Under the pieces are notes generated by a model, which worked only from the letters and a program-made list of their open reading frames with translations, was not told the origin of the DNA and searched no databases. The translations under genes and the position numbers were made by a program. DNA of 64,000 bases from Spizellomyces punctatus DAOM BR117 (Eukaryota): the NCBI GenBank assembly GCA_000182565.2, contig KQ257455.1. One strand, given 5' to 3'. Below are positions 37,878 through 49,702 of this stretch, piece after piece; within the stretch, counting starts at the first letter, position 1, and the number at the start of each line of letters is the position of its first letter.

Positions 37878-40229
37878 TCAAATCTCATTTCCCCATATCT
37901 TGGTAAATCTTCCCAAAGCCCATATTGAAAAGATAAACTTGTAATTAGGATAGGCGATCATCGCATTCCGGTTGAAAACTCCTTCAATTCCTTCTTGCTC
38001 CCACCGCCCATCAGGTTTTTGTCTTGACATGATTAGTCTGATACCACGCTTGATCGGCGTCGGATCAGGATATCCTGCGGCCATGAGCCCCATGCATGCC
38101 CACGCAGTGTTGACCACTTGGGACTTCTCATGATGGTGATAAACATTCGTCTCGCATGACTTGTAAGCTTCGCCCCATCCGCCGTCTGCCATTTGATGGT
38201 CCAGCAGAAAGTGACATGCCCGCTGTGCCCGTTCGCTGTTCTTGTACGTTTCACCCATGTGACTCAAAGCTTCAAGGCCGAACCAAGTACCGTAAGTAAA
38301 GCAGATGGCCCAAGATCCAAACCAGCTCCCATCTTCTTTCTGGGATTTCTTGATATAGCCCAATCCCCTATTGAGAGCTGATTGAATTTCGGCAGAGCGG
38401 TATGCTGGATCCCGCTTTTGAAATGCAAGAAGACCGAGCATGACCGCTGTTGTGCATTCGGGATAGCTGTACTCCACCATGATGTCACCAAACACTTCGG
38501 CAGGGTTGATCCATTCCAAAATTTTGGGACCCCTTGTGAGCTCGTAGGAAGCAAAGCCACCATCCGTATTTTGCATCCTTAAAAGCACATCCACGGCATC
38601 TCTAAATCTCTCCTGTCCGACATTTTTCGTTGTGTACTCCAAGTCCTGCAAATAGAGAACAGATTTCATCCCCTCGGCTGTGCAGTCAGATACGGTATAG
38701 CCTTGGTCTCTTCTACTGAACGGCCATGCACCTTTCGTGGCATCACGATAACATCGCTTTCGGTTGATGGGATCCGTCCGGATTTGCTGGGAATCGAGAA
38801 AATCAAGAGCGCGCTGCATTGTCGTCTGAAATTCCGGCTCTTCAGCCAGACCGGCCTCGCAAACAGCTTGGCTTAGGAACGAGGTGTCCCATACTTGACT
38901 GCCATCGGTACCGTTGAAATGCATGCCGGATTCGGACATCCATAGGTAGTCCAAGCAGTGCTCCTTATGTTTTTTAAACTCTTCCGAGTCCTGCCCAAGT
39001 CGGAAAAAGGTGCAGAGCATGTTGAGGGGGTGATTCACTGAGGCCAGGTTTCCGAATTTTGTGTTCTCATCCTCCATTTGCAGCTGCAACCAGCATTCTT
39101 CGATGGCCCATTTTCGGAGCCGGGATGGGCCAAGCTTTTCGTATAACCAGCAAATGCCATTCAAGCCGTCCAAAAGCCTCGTGTGTGGATAATATATGTC
39201 GCTCTCCGCGACATTGTTACACATCTTACTCCACTTTATACTTTCGTAAGGCTGTGTATACAGTTCTTCCCTCAACTCTCTGATCAAATTCGTTTCGCGG
39301 CAGACGAGACGTTGTCCATAGATGAATCCCATTGGAAGGTAGACCATCCGTGTGTGAATCCACCATTTTCCAGGGTGGATGGGGAGAGCATATGGGAGGA
39401 GCCAGAGCTCCGGGGGTACTGGGTTCATCCCTTCATATGAGTAGACGCCTAGGACTGAGAGCCAAAACTTTCCCCACGCTGGTATCGCCGTTGCTGAGCC
39501 TAAACCGCGTACCGCGTGAATCTTTGTCATTATCGCAGTGAGCTCCTTTCGTCCATATTTCAACTCTTACCAAGTCTGTGAAGAGTCCCGCGAGCTTTGA
39601 TCATGGCTGGATGGTCTCTTTCCACACCCAATATTCGACACGTAACATAATTCAATGCCGTTCCGAAAACTGTTGATCGGCCCTCCACATGTCTGCATCA
39701 GTCACATGGTTAGGACGAGCGCACAGGCCAACCGATGAGCATAAGGTCCAAAAAGGACGAGGGATACGCACATTCCCCATCCTCCATCTTCTTTCGCTGT
39801 TCCCAACAGGTATCTGATCATTTCCACTCTCCGCGCTTCGTCAATCACCTCTCCGCTGATGTACATCGTGATAACGTATCCAGGTGTCAGAAACTGGGGT
39901 CCGCCGTACGCACCGGCGAAGTGGCCATCGGAGCACTGCAGTTGCTTGTAAAACTTAAGACCAGCACGCGCGGCGGCTAGGGGAGTGGCGGGTGGTGGTG
40001 TTATGGGAGAGGTGTCCTTCAAATTTACAGATATATTGGCAACCGGCATATGGGTCAAACAGTAAGGACAACGCATTACCATATCCAGATCCAACCAATA
40101 TTTATCCACAGCTGTCTGGGGCCATTGTTTGGCTTGTTCCTCGGTAAGATATTGCCATACTTGCCTGCCATCCTTCACTTGAAGGCGCCAACGAGTAAGG
40201 TCAGTATAATTCAACGTTAGAGGGGCCAT
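37878..40229 (-). CDS. ERG7: Oxidosqualene cyclase, lanosterol-synthase type
   Basis: [10 protein letters not shown] repeats, [12 protein letters not shown], catalytic [31 protein letters not shown]. Two introns. Confidence 0.95.
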
Positions 40230-40390
40230 TATGGTGGTTTGAACTCTTCGTTGAAGGAGGATGGCATACGGGGGAGGGCTTTAAAGATCTCGTCGGAGTC
40301 GGACCACAGGGGTTGAAGTGCGGCTTGCTTTGTGCTAGCATGGACAGCTGTTTGGATTTGGGGGACACTGCGCGCTCGAGAGTTGGTGGT

Positions 40391-40431
40391 ATCAGACGAT
40401 CACTAAACGCGTCTCGTGCAGGTGGGGTGAG
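40391..40431. promoter_or_regulatory. Two putative sterol regulatory elements upstream of ERG7
   Basis: ATCAGACGAT (40391-40400) and minus-strand CTCACCCCAC (40422-40431), 160-200 bp upstream of the ATG. Confidence 0.5.
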
Positions 40432-40855
40432 GTGCCAAAGAGGACTGAAAGCATCCGAGAACGGGAGAGACTGCACAAGAATGACGAGCTGACAAAGTAG
40501 CGACTTGCTGCGTTGCAGACTTTAGCTTTTGATCCATACAAGTATGTTTGGCTTTCTTAACACCACGGGGGTCAAGCTAGAATGTAGACATTTCATGGGT
40601 GGATTTTGCTGGGGGATTCAAGTGAAGTTGACCATCGTCATTCCACACCAACATCAGATCAGACAGTTTTGTTATTTGTATTTAGGTTTTGTACTAATAG
40701 ATAGTTAGCTATTACTACTTACCATTCTTCATTATCTCAGTAAAACTTGACTTGTCGAGTCCATTTCCATAGTAACAGCGTGAATCATCCAGTCGAGGCT
40801 AGGATGCATTACCCCACTCTCCAGCCAGGGCACACGTTGCTCCCCAAATTTCGCA

Positions 40856-42476
40856 ATGCTTCCCGTCATCCCAGGAAAGCAGGTCCGAGGTCCGACACTC
40901 TCCGACTTGCAGAGACATGTATCCATGTTGTTTGGTGCTCGTAGTTCAAATGGGTATTGATAAGGCACACTTTGCACACCTTGCGCGATACTTGGCAGAG
41001 GTATAACACATGGTCGCAGCTTTCCAGGCGCGCAGCCTATAAGTTTTGCCTCGGTACATTTGAACGAATTGGAGAACGAAAACTATTTTGTCAGCGAAAA
41101 GGCCGACGGCATCCGTTGTCTTATGTTCACAACCACAAATAGAGAAGGCCGAGGCGAAACTTACCTTGTACGTTGCCTATCGCCAAAATATACAGTAGAT
41201 ATCATCCAAGACATTGCGTTAAGGTCGTAAACTATAGATCGACCGCAAAAATCATTATTATTATCTTGATCTTGGCCTTCCAATACCGGGTAAACCGCGA
41301 CAGAGCCACTTTGACACTGTCTTGGACGGTGAACTAGTGTTGGATGAGTACGAGGATGGGAGGGTAAGGAGATTTTCAAAAGAGTACTTGGAGCTTCCTA
41401 GTTAATGTTTGTTTACGGCAGCAAGTCCTCTGGTTTCTCTTGTTCGACTGTATTGTGATCGATGGGAAGACCCTCGTAGATCGACCTTACACCAAAAGAT
41501 TGGGCGTAAGTAGGCGCAATTCCTATCAAATTGCGAAATAGTTGGTCTTGCATTGAACTAACTATTGTTGAACTTTCAGTATTTGAAGGAGAATATCTTA
41601 AAACCCTATAAAGAACTACTGCAGACAGACTGGGAATACGCACAACGTCAGCCATTTCGGTATGCTGCAATCATTTCTGGCGCGGAGTGGACAGTGTTCC
41701 TAATGTCCAACTCGCGTCGGCTGTAGAATGGACTTGAAGGAACTGCAACTGTCTTATCATTTGCAGAAAGTGTTTGAAGTCATACCGACGCTGAAGCACA
41801 AGTCCGATGGAATAATATTCACTTCCTCAGTCGCGCCGTATTCATGTGGGACTTGCGACAAGATGTTAGTGCTCTCTGTATGGAAGATCTTTGATGACCA
41901 CCAAGCTGAGCGGAAAGGCTATTTTTGTTGACTCTGCCTACTAGGTTAAAGTGGAAGCCGAGCGATGAAAACACGGTGGATTTCAAAGTACGTGTAGATG
42001 GGACCCCGGATAACCCCCGCTACTTTCTATCACTTTGGGAAGGACAGAATCAGTATTCGGAATACGGGGAGCTGACCTTGGATGCCGACGACCGAAAGCG
42101 GTAGGCACATGCTTGCACTCTGTTTTTTACCATGTATTTAGTTTCCTCAACTTTTGCTCGCTGCGAAGATGGCTGAACCGACCGCCAGACGGTGCGATCA
42201 TAGAATGCCGATATGATCCAGAATGGCCGGGAAGATGGCGGTTTACACGGTTCCGAGACGACAAACAACATGCTAATCACAGAAATACGTATGTAAAGAT
42301 CATGCAAAGTATCAGAGACGGAGTAGATAAACAAGCGGTATGCGTCATTTTGGCTATCAGAGATCAAGCATATACTGAACCGTCACTTGCATCTATTACA
42401 GTTGGTGTCCCATGCGCCCAAAATAAGAGCGAAGTGGAAAGAACGAGAGGCACAAGAACGGGCGACCCGAGGATGA
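40856..42476 (+). CDS. CEG1: mRNA capping enzyme alpha subunit (stand-alone guanylyltransferase)
   Basis: FPGAQPISF, motif I VSEKADGIRC, TVLDGELV, FLLFDCI, HKSDGIIF, LKWKPSDENTVDF, WRFTRFRDDKQHAN. Confidence 0.95.
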
Positions 42477-42846
42477 TGTGCCAGTATCCTCTGTGTATAA
42501 TAGTACTGATAGACCCGTCCATTTTTCCTTCCGGACATAGTTCGTGTTCCCTTCCCGAACGTTGAGTGGCAAATGTCGAATATGTGTTAGGACAAATGCC
42601 CTCTGTATTATGCGGCTGCACGAAACATTGTACTTTGAGTATATGTGCCTCTACAGTAGTGCTTGCTGTTCACGATTAGAGAGATCTGTTTGATGCGATT
42701 GGCATGTCTAACTGATGGCAGTTTTTTGAATTTAAAAGTAACGGCATTACTGTTTAACTACCTACTTGATGACATCAAGTGGTGCGCTTCGACGCGTCCT
42801 CACAGGGAATCTGCCTCCAAACACACTTTCAGCTGCCGCACCTGTA

Positions 42847-44750
42847 ATGGCGCAACACTCAGAACCTACGTCACCCTACCTCCTCTTCTGTGTTATTGTC
42901 GGGTCGCTGACGGCCTTTCAATTTGGGTACAATTCTGGAGTTGTTAACCAACCAAGAGATGCCATGGTGAGCATTCTTGAATTCGTTCGCAAACGGTCTG
43001 AAATCAAGACGTCGACCGGTGACAAAGGATACCACGCCGTCTATTGAATTGTCTGTTGTCATTCTCCTACCGATGATAGACAAATTGTCCTTCAGCGCCA
43101 GGCGAGTGGCCCCAAAACTGCATTCCTATGGATGACTGGCAGGTAGGGAATTTTACAAGAAAACTGTGGCGAGATAGCCAGCTGAAAGGTTAATATGTGT
43201 CGTTCGAACGTTTACAAGTGGGGTATCTTTGTGTCGATGTTCTTACTAGGCGGCATTATCGGGGGCCTCACCGGAGGACATATCGCGGACAATCTTGGTC
43301 GCCGCCGCACGTTGCTTATACTTAATGTTGGCTTCATCATTGGAGGTGCCCTCCTGGCGCTATCGTCAGCGCCATTTAGTCTATATTTTGGCCGATTTAT
43401 TATTGGTATCGCAGCCGGAACGGGGACGGTCGCAGTCCCGTTGTATATCAGCGAGATCAGTCCGGTAGAGAAGCGAGGCACATTGGGGAGTTTCAATCAG
43501 CTTGCCATTGTTGTGGGCATTCTGGTTAGTGTCTTGGTTGGGATCCCCTTAGCGACTTTGGAGAGGTGGAGGTACATGTTTGGCTTAATATTAGGCAGGT
43601 GTTTCTCAGCTACTTTATTCGCCGGAGCGTCCTCTATTCTAACGTTTATTGGTGATTAGTGCCAAGCATACTTCAGATGCTGCTGATACCATTTTGCGTC
43701 GAGACGCCAAGTTGGCTCACGTCCCAGAGTCTGGTTTTAGATGCAAAAGAGGCTCTTCAGAAACTCAACGGCACTGCACTCGAAAATGACGAGGCTGCCC
43801 GGATGCTTCGCTCTCACTCATCACTCTCACAGGAACAGGACATTGAAGGTGGGGAACAGAATGGAGACGACATAAGTGATGGAGATGGTCCTAGCCAAGA
43901 TGCGAAGATATCTCTGAAGGAAATTATGACAAGACCCGAATTATGGAAGCCTATTGTCGCTGGCCTTGGATTGCATGCGTCCCAGCAATTCAGTGGCATC
44001 AATGCAGCTATCTATTATTCAGTATGTACAAAATGACATTGGCGTACCTTCCTCTAAGAGACCCTCCAACAGTGCTGTTTTCCAGACCACGATTTTTTCC
44101 CAGTCATACAGCCAGTCCACAGCGATCAAACTCACTGTTCTCCTCAGTCTCGTTAACTTGGCGTTCACACTTGTCTCTGGAAATCAAATTGACAAAGTGG
44201 GACGGCGCACGCTGCTTCTTGTATCCCAAGGCGGGATGGCCGCTTGTGCGTTGGGGGCGGTCGGAGCATTTCGGTTACATGCGGATCCCTCCGTGGTCGT
44301 ACTCTTTTTAATGGCCTTTGTGGGAATGTTTGCGGTGGGTCTTGGGAATATACCTTGGTAAGAGGGCCTTGTGAACCCGAACTTGAAATGACGAGAGAAG
44401 TCAATTAATTGGCACACGCTTTTGTCCATCAGGCTGATAATGCCAGAACTAGTTCCATCGTCACTTCTTGGTCCATCGGCATCTGTTGGGACGGCGGTCA
44501 ATTGGTCGTCAGCCTTCATCATTGCACTTGTCTTTCCGCGTGCGATTGCTATACGTAAGTCCCGATAACCATCAAGTACTTGCTGTCGTACATATCTCAC
44601 ACAACACTGTCGAAACATAGTTGGTTACGATATTTTCTACGTCTTCGCTGCCATCCTGGTAGGGTCAAGTTTGTTCACCTACTTGTGTGTTCCAGAAACC
44701 AAGGGCAAAACCCCAGAGGAGGTCGCGAGAACCTTCATGATACGCCATAG
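42847..44750 (+). CDS. MFS sugar-porter family transporter (GLUT-like)
   Basis: FQFGYNSGVVN, DNLGRR, GRFIIG..YISEISP..RG..NQL, SQQFSGINA, DKVGRR, GLGNIPW, VPETKGKT. Confidence 0.93.
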
Positions 44751-45126
44751 AGAGTAAAAGTTTCTCTCTATGTAGCGATGGAATTGCTATGTACTTTTAC
44801 ATATGAAATTGTAGCATGGGAAATTGCGTTGATATTTTGTTCATAATTCTGTATGAAAGCAAGAATGTAAGCGATTTGCCTTGGTCACGGTACAATATCC
44901 GTCGAGGGTGACTATTGTGATGGCAATAAACCGACGGTGCTAGCAAGTAGGATTGTTCCGATCTCATTCGTACTGTCGTGCATGAAACACGCTCATGGAC
45001 AAAATGATCATCATGATTGCTTTACTTCCCATAATAATGAGCAGACAGAAGTATCTACAGAACAGAGGAACCAAAGAATAAAAGCGGTTTCTACACACCA
45101 AGTCGCTTCATCTGTCCCACCGACTT

Positions 45127-48100
45127 TCAACCATTTTTTTCACCAACCGGAGGAGCCACCAGCGTCTTCCCTTTATATTCCACCACCTTATGCAGCCCAC
45201 CATCCTTCTTTCTAATCAAGGCTTCGAGTTTGTCACCATCGCACAGGACGCAAGTATATTTTGCATCAGGTTCTTCCACGAGTTGTTGATATCTCTTCTC
45301 AGTGAGCTCCGGGTCACATCCAACATGAATCCATCTAGCAAAACGGCAGGCGTGAGGAAGTAACCTATGGCAATCAGCTACTGATCCACTTACCGGTCGC
45401 ATGAATCACAACAGGCCATTTCGGTATCATCATCTTCTGAATAGACATGCATGCATAACGGACAAAACTTATCCCGCTCGAATGAAACATAGCAATCCTC
45501 ACAGTATGTGCAAATGTATGTGCCATAGGAGGTCCTTGACTCATGGCGCGCAGGTGGTACGATGGCATGCTTCCAGTTCATTTCCGCAGAAGCCTGGCCT
45601 TTAATTGGCGGTGGCGGTCGAGCTTTGCACGAGATGCAAACAGCACACTGTTCGCACAGCCAGTTGCCCTCTGGTGCCCCATCTAATGGAGGCGTGAGGC
45701 AGTAGGTGTGATAACCTTCATGCCAGGAACAATAATGAGAAGGGAGTGGCAAATGTGTATATCAACCCATGGGACTTAGCCATCATCGATAACCCACCTC
45801 TATCACATGTATCGCAAAACAACAGCTTGTCATCATCGCCTGCTTGGTTGCATATAACGCAGGTCTTACAGTCGCTGCAATGCCACTTGTAAGTCTGTGC
45901 CTTGCAGATTAGAACAGCGTCATCGAAATCAATGCATGAAGGGTGGTGTTTGGTTTTGCAGGAAGCGCATGTGAGCATCGCGACGGGAAGGACCTTTTTG
46001 ATTGGATGCTTTGGCATTATGCTGTGACAATGCACGCAAGCGTCGGGGTTTCTACTTGGCTGTTCGGCCTGACATCAGCACGCAGGAATATATTTAGAAC
46101 GATACTAGACCGAAACTGGACAGTATGATTATTCAAGTACACACCGCTTTGACGTGGTACAAGCATTTCTCTCCTGCATTGTAGACTGGTCTTTTGCATC
46201 CTAGACCAGATCTAGTGATCTCACCGCACACATGCTCCAGGTGTCTGATCCTGCCGGATAGCTGAGGCTTTAACAATGAGACATCAGCTGCGCGGTCGGA
46301 AGGGGATACAAAAGAAACCGGTAGTGTCCTTACAGTGGAAGTCTGTTCAGCCCCGGAAGCTGCATCGCTAGATGCAATGGTTGCGGGAAGCATCCGCAAG
46401 TCATTTCCCACTCCAACTGATAGATCCACGTGTGCGAACCGTTTTTGATAGCTTACAAGAGGCGTAAAATTAGAACTACGTCGGAAAGTCCGTTGTTTGA
46501 ATTTGAAAAGAAGCTTACATGGAGAAAGTGCCCTGATACTGACCAGGTATCACAGCAATGGGAAACTTTTCGTCGAGTTCTGGTATGGGCAAGTTGCACC
46601 ATCCATCACTTGTGACCTCTTTCGAAAGCAGTTGCTGTTCTATTGTGAGAGGCGTCCGTAAGGTGCCTTGTTTGACCTGTACAGATATATGTGTTGGTTG
46701 TGTTAAGCTGGGAATCTGCTCGATATTGGTGTGGCTGTCTAAAAACGTTCGCGGTCGCTGCATAATTAGCCGTCGGTTGAAGTCTGCGGCAGATGCAGCG
46801 CGTCGGTAGAGGTGGTCATCTCCGTTCAACGAGGCGGGAATTTCGACCCGTGAACCAGAAGCAAAGCGATGGAGAACTTCACGTTCCTGAACAGAAAGTC
46901 TGCTGGCTTGACGACGAAGTGCCGTGCTCTCACGTGTTGAGGGCGTTTTAAGCTCTGCTTTGGGTTTAACAGGTTGTTCTTCTGGTTCAGGTTCCGGCTC
47001 TTCTGGAGGCTCCTCCTGATCGCCAACCCAATAATCATCCCGAATAGCCCGACCTCTTTTGATCGCTTTATGCCCAAAAGCGCGAAATATACTACGTGCT
47101 GTCGCAATTGAAACCGGACGACGTCGCAATTGGCCTGGTAGCAAGCCAGCTTCCTCTAGAAATTTTTTGTCTTCATCAGTACCTTGGATCCGGGTGATGT
47201 GAGGGTTTTTGAGAAAGAAAATGTATGTATCCCGGTATTGCAGCGTTTTTGCAATGTCCACAGTCAGCATATATCTTCTTGTGGGGTGACGAGGTAAGGT
47301 AAATGTCTTTATTCTGAAATCTCGGCCTACGGACAAGCGAGCCGTCAGGAATCTGTTCAAGTAAAGCCTAGCACCGAAGTTTGAACAAACTAACCTCCCA
47401 GTAGCTCTCCGTCCTTTGTGATTTTAAGCTCTCCTTTCTCATCACACTCCGATTCTGGATCCTCATCTTCAACATTCTTAACTCCTAGTATATCTCGCGT
47501 ATCGGACGTTTCCTCCTGGGCTCCTTTGGCTGCCTTCACTCTCGCTGCCGAAGTTACAGCAGACGGTCGGCGCCCCCTCCGCGATGGGGTCCCTTCCGCT
47601 TCCGCTAGAGCCTTCACGCGAGTGCCTCGTCTGTTTTCAAATTCCTCATCTCTAAGTTCCTCATCTTTATCCAGTCCGTTGGCAGTAAAATTGTTATCTG
47701 AAAGATCATTCTGGTTTTCCTTCATTTCGTCCATATCCATTGACTCCATGTCCTCCTCGTCACCCTCCACAAACTCGTCCGACAATGAGAAGGCGTCCCG
47801 AATCCTTCTCCCTGCAGTCGCGCCACTCTTCCGTATTGATCTGCGTCCCGGTGAATCGGCGGCACCGTTTTCACTATCATTTTTTCTCCGACCTCGTTTG
47901 CTGGTGGGGGTACTGTCCTCTTCCTCGCTGGTGGCGTTTCGACGCTTTCTCTTGCGCCCGGATGGGGTAACAGGTGTTGACGGGCGAGCTCTACCGTTCT
48001 GATGCGATGATTTATTCTGCGACAAGATGAGATGTTGACGGATGAGATACAGCGATCGAAAATGTTTAAAACATCCCCTAAATCCCCATATTTCTGCCAA

Positions 48101-48452
48101 CTGACTCTTACAGTATCAACCAGGCTACGTGGCTCTTCAGCAGAATTATGCTCTTGCCGGTCCGGAGGTGTCTGAGGAACCTCCGAGTCCGCCGAGGATA
48201 TTTCGTCAACCTACAAAAAAAGGCCATTCACAAAGTCAGAGAATCTCTTTGACACAGAGGCTGACAAGCTGCACGCTGCAAGCGTCTGGCCAAGCGCTAA
48301 TCGGCAACAGAGCGCAGCGGGGAGGAAGCGAAAGCACGGGGTGGCTTTGCTCGTGTGTGGAAGGGAAATACGCGTTCCCCCAACCCGACGCGGTTAACCT
48401 CAACCTGTGCTGATAAAATACTTGCCTCCATCTCCAGGTCTTCCACCGACAT
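45127..48452 (-). CDS. SWI/SNF-RSC subunit: Rsc7/Swp82-type domain, PHF10/SAY-like segment and multiple PHD fingers
   Basis: DEKGELKITKDGELLGGRDFRIKTFTL..YRDTYIFF..ARSIFRAFGHKAIKRG..RDDYW; AADFNRRL..FPIAVIPGQYQ; PHD fingers HPSC..WHCSDCKTC..LLFCDTCDRGYHTYCL and CDSCDRWIHVGC. The 5' exon is inferred. Confidence 0.82.
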
Positions 48453-49702
48453 ACCGATTCACTCGGTAGCAAACACTTGGTTCAACAACGTACTAGCTGT
48501 GAGAGTTACGCTTGGTCCATCCGCTCAGAAGGACAGACAGGAAAGCACAGGACGAAGGAAAGCTTCTGGGGAAGACCAAAGGGGCCTCGTTCTGGTCTCA
48601 CCCATTCACTTTCAAGAGCACGTGATGCGCCTCGTCACGTGATTCGGACAGGGCTGCAGGTTGGCAACTACGAACACAGCACATATCTTTCTAGAGACGA
48701 TCGATTAGAGATGCAAAAGAACGCTCGCTGACAATATTGATTTTGATTAAAAGCACAAGATGTAAGTATGTTATTGGTCAACAACGATCCTATCTCAAAA
48801 TGTCGGCTACACGGGTATTAAAGTCTGCGACATTGGCGGTAACCTTGATACAGTCTCCAATGAAAACCAACGGATCAAAGCACTTGTCCCATTTCTGGTA
48901 AAGTCTTAAACACAAATATACCTTTCCGCGGTGTCCTCTTCGTTCTCGTCCATTCGTGTTCGTTTGAAAAATGTACATAGTGAAAAGGGAAATTGGACGA
49001 TAAATTGAGACACCAATGGGCACGGTTAACCATGGCTCACACAAGTATGGGTGGGCAAACCAGGGACTTTGATGACTGTCAAATCATAATCCATAACCAG
49101 TCCGCTGGGAAAGGTTGGGTGAATCATCATGGGGTGACTGTTGACCGACCTAATTTCGCACTTCTTTCAGCTACTCATCTTAGATGGATGGCCAGTATTG
49201 CGGAGTCCAGTCGGAGAACTAAATGTATTGGACAGCGAACCTCTGTATGACAGAATGTAATTGCATTTTAGTCTTGTTCATTATGGTTGATACAGCGAGG
49301 ATTACTCGCAAACAAATCGCTGAATATGAATCTACAATGGCCACTTGCATGTTGATTACTTTGTGTAACGTGTCTTCAGCATATCTTGGTCTTTGAACGG
49401 CTCCATTCATTTTGCTTGCGGGGCTTACATTGCTCAACTCCAGGATACGTATCCTCCAAATGGAAAGAACAATAGAAGATAATAGAATTCTATTTCGGAG
49501 CTTACAAGTACACTCTCCTGCTTTATTTTGATTTTGCATATGTCACCTATTGATGGGTAGCCCTCATTGGCCTGTATTCAGCATGAGACTAAAAATAACT
49601 GCGGGATACCGTAAGGGTACGGACAATTACCGTGGGCTCTTTTGACCGTTACGCTTCGGAATATCAAGCCTATGGTTGTCTACCTTTGTCAATTGGCGTG
49701 CA

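Noticed and set aside
47418-48002. Long antisense ORFs (also 8822-9322, 34055-34528, 53420-53872)
   Set aside because: Shadow frames opposite well-supported genes, with no motifs of their own.
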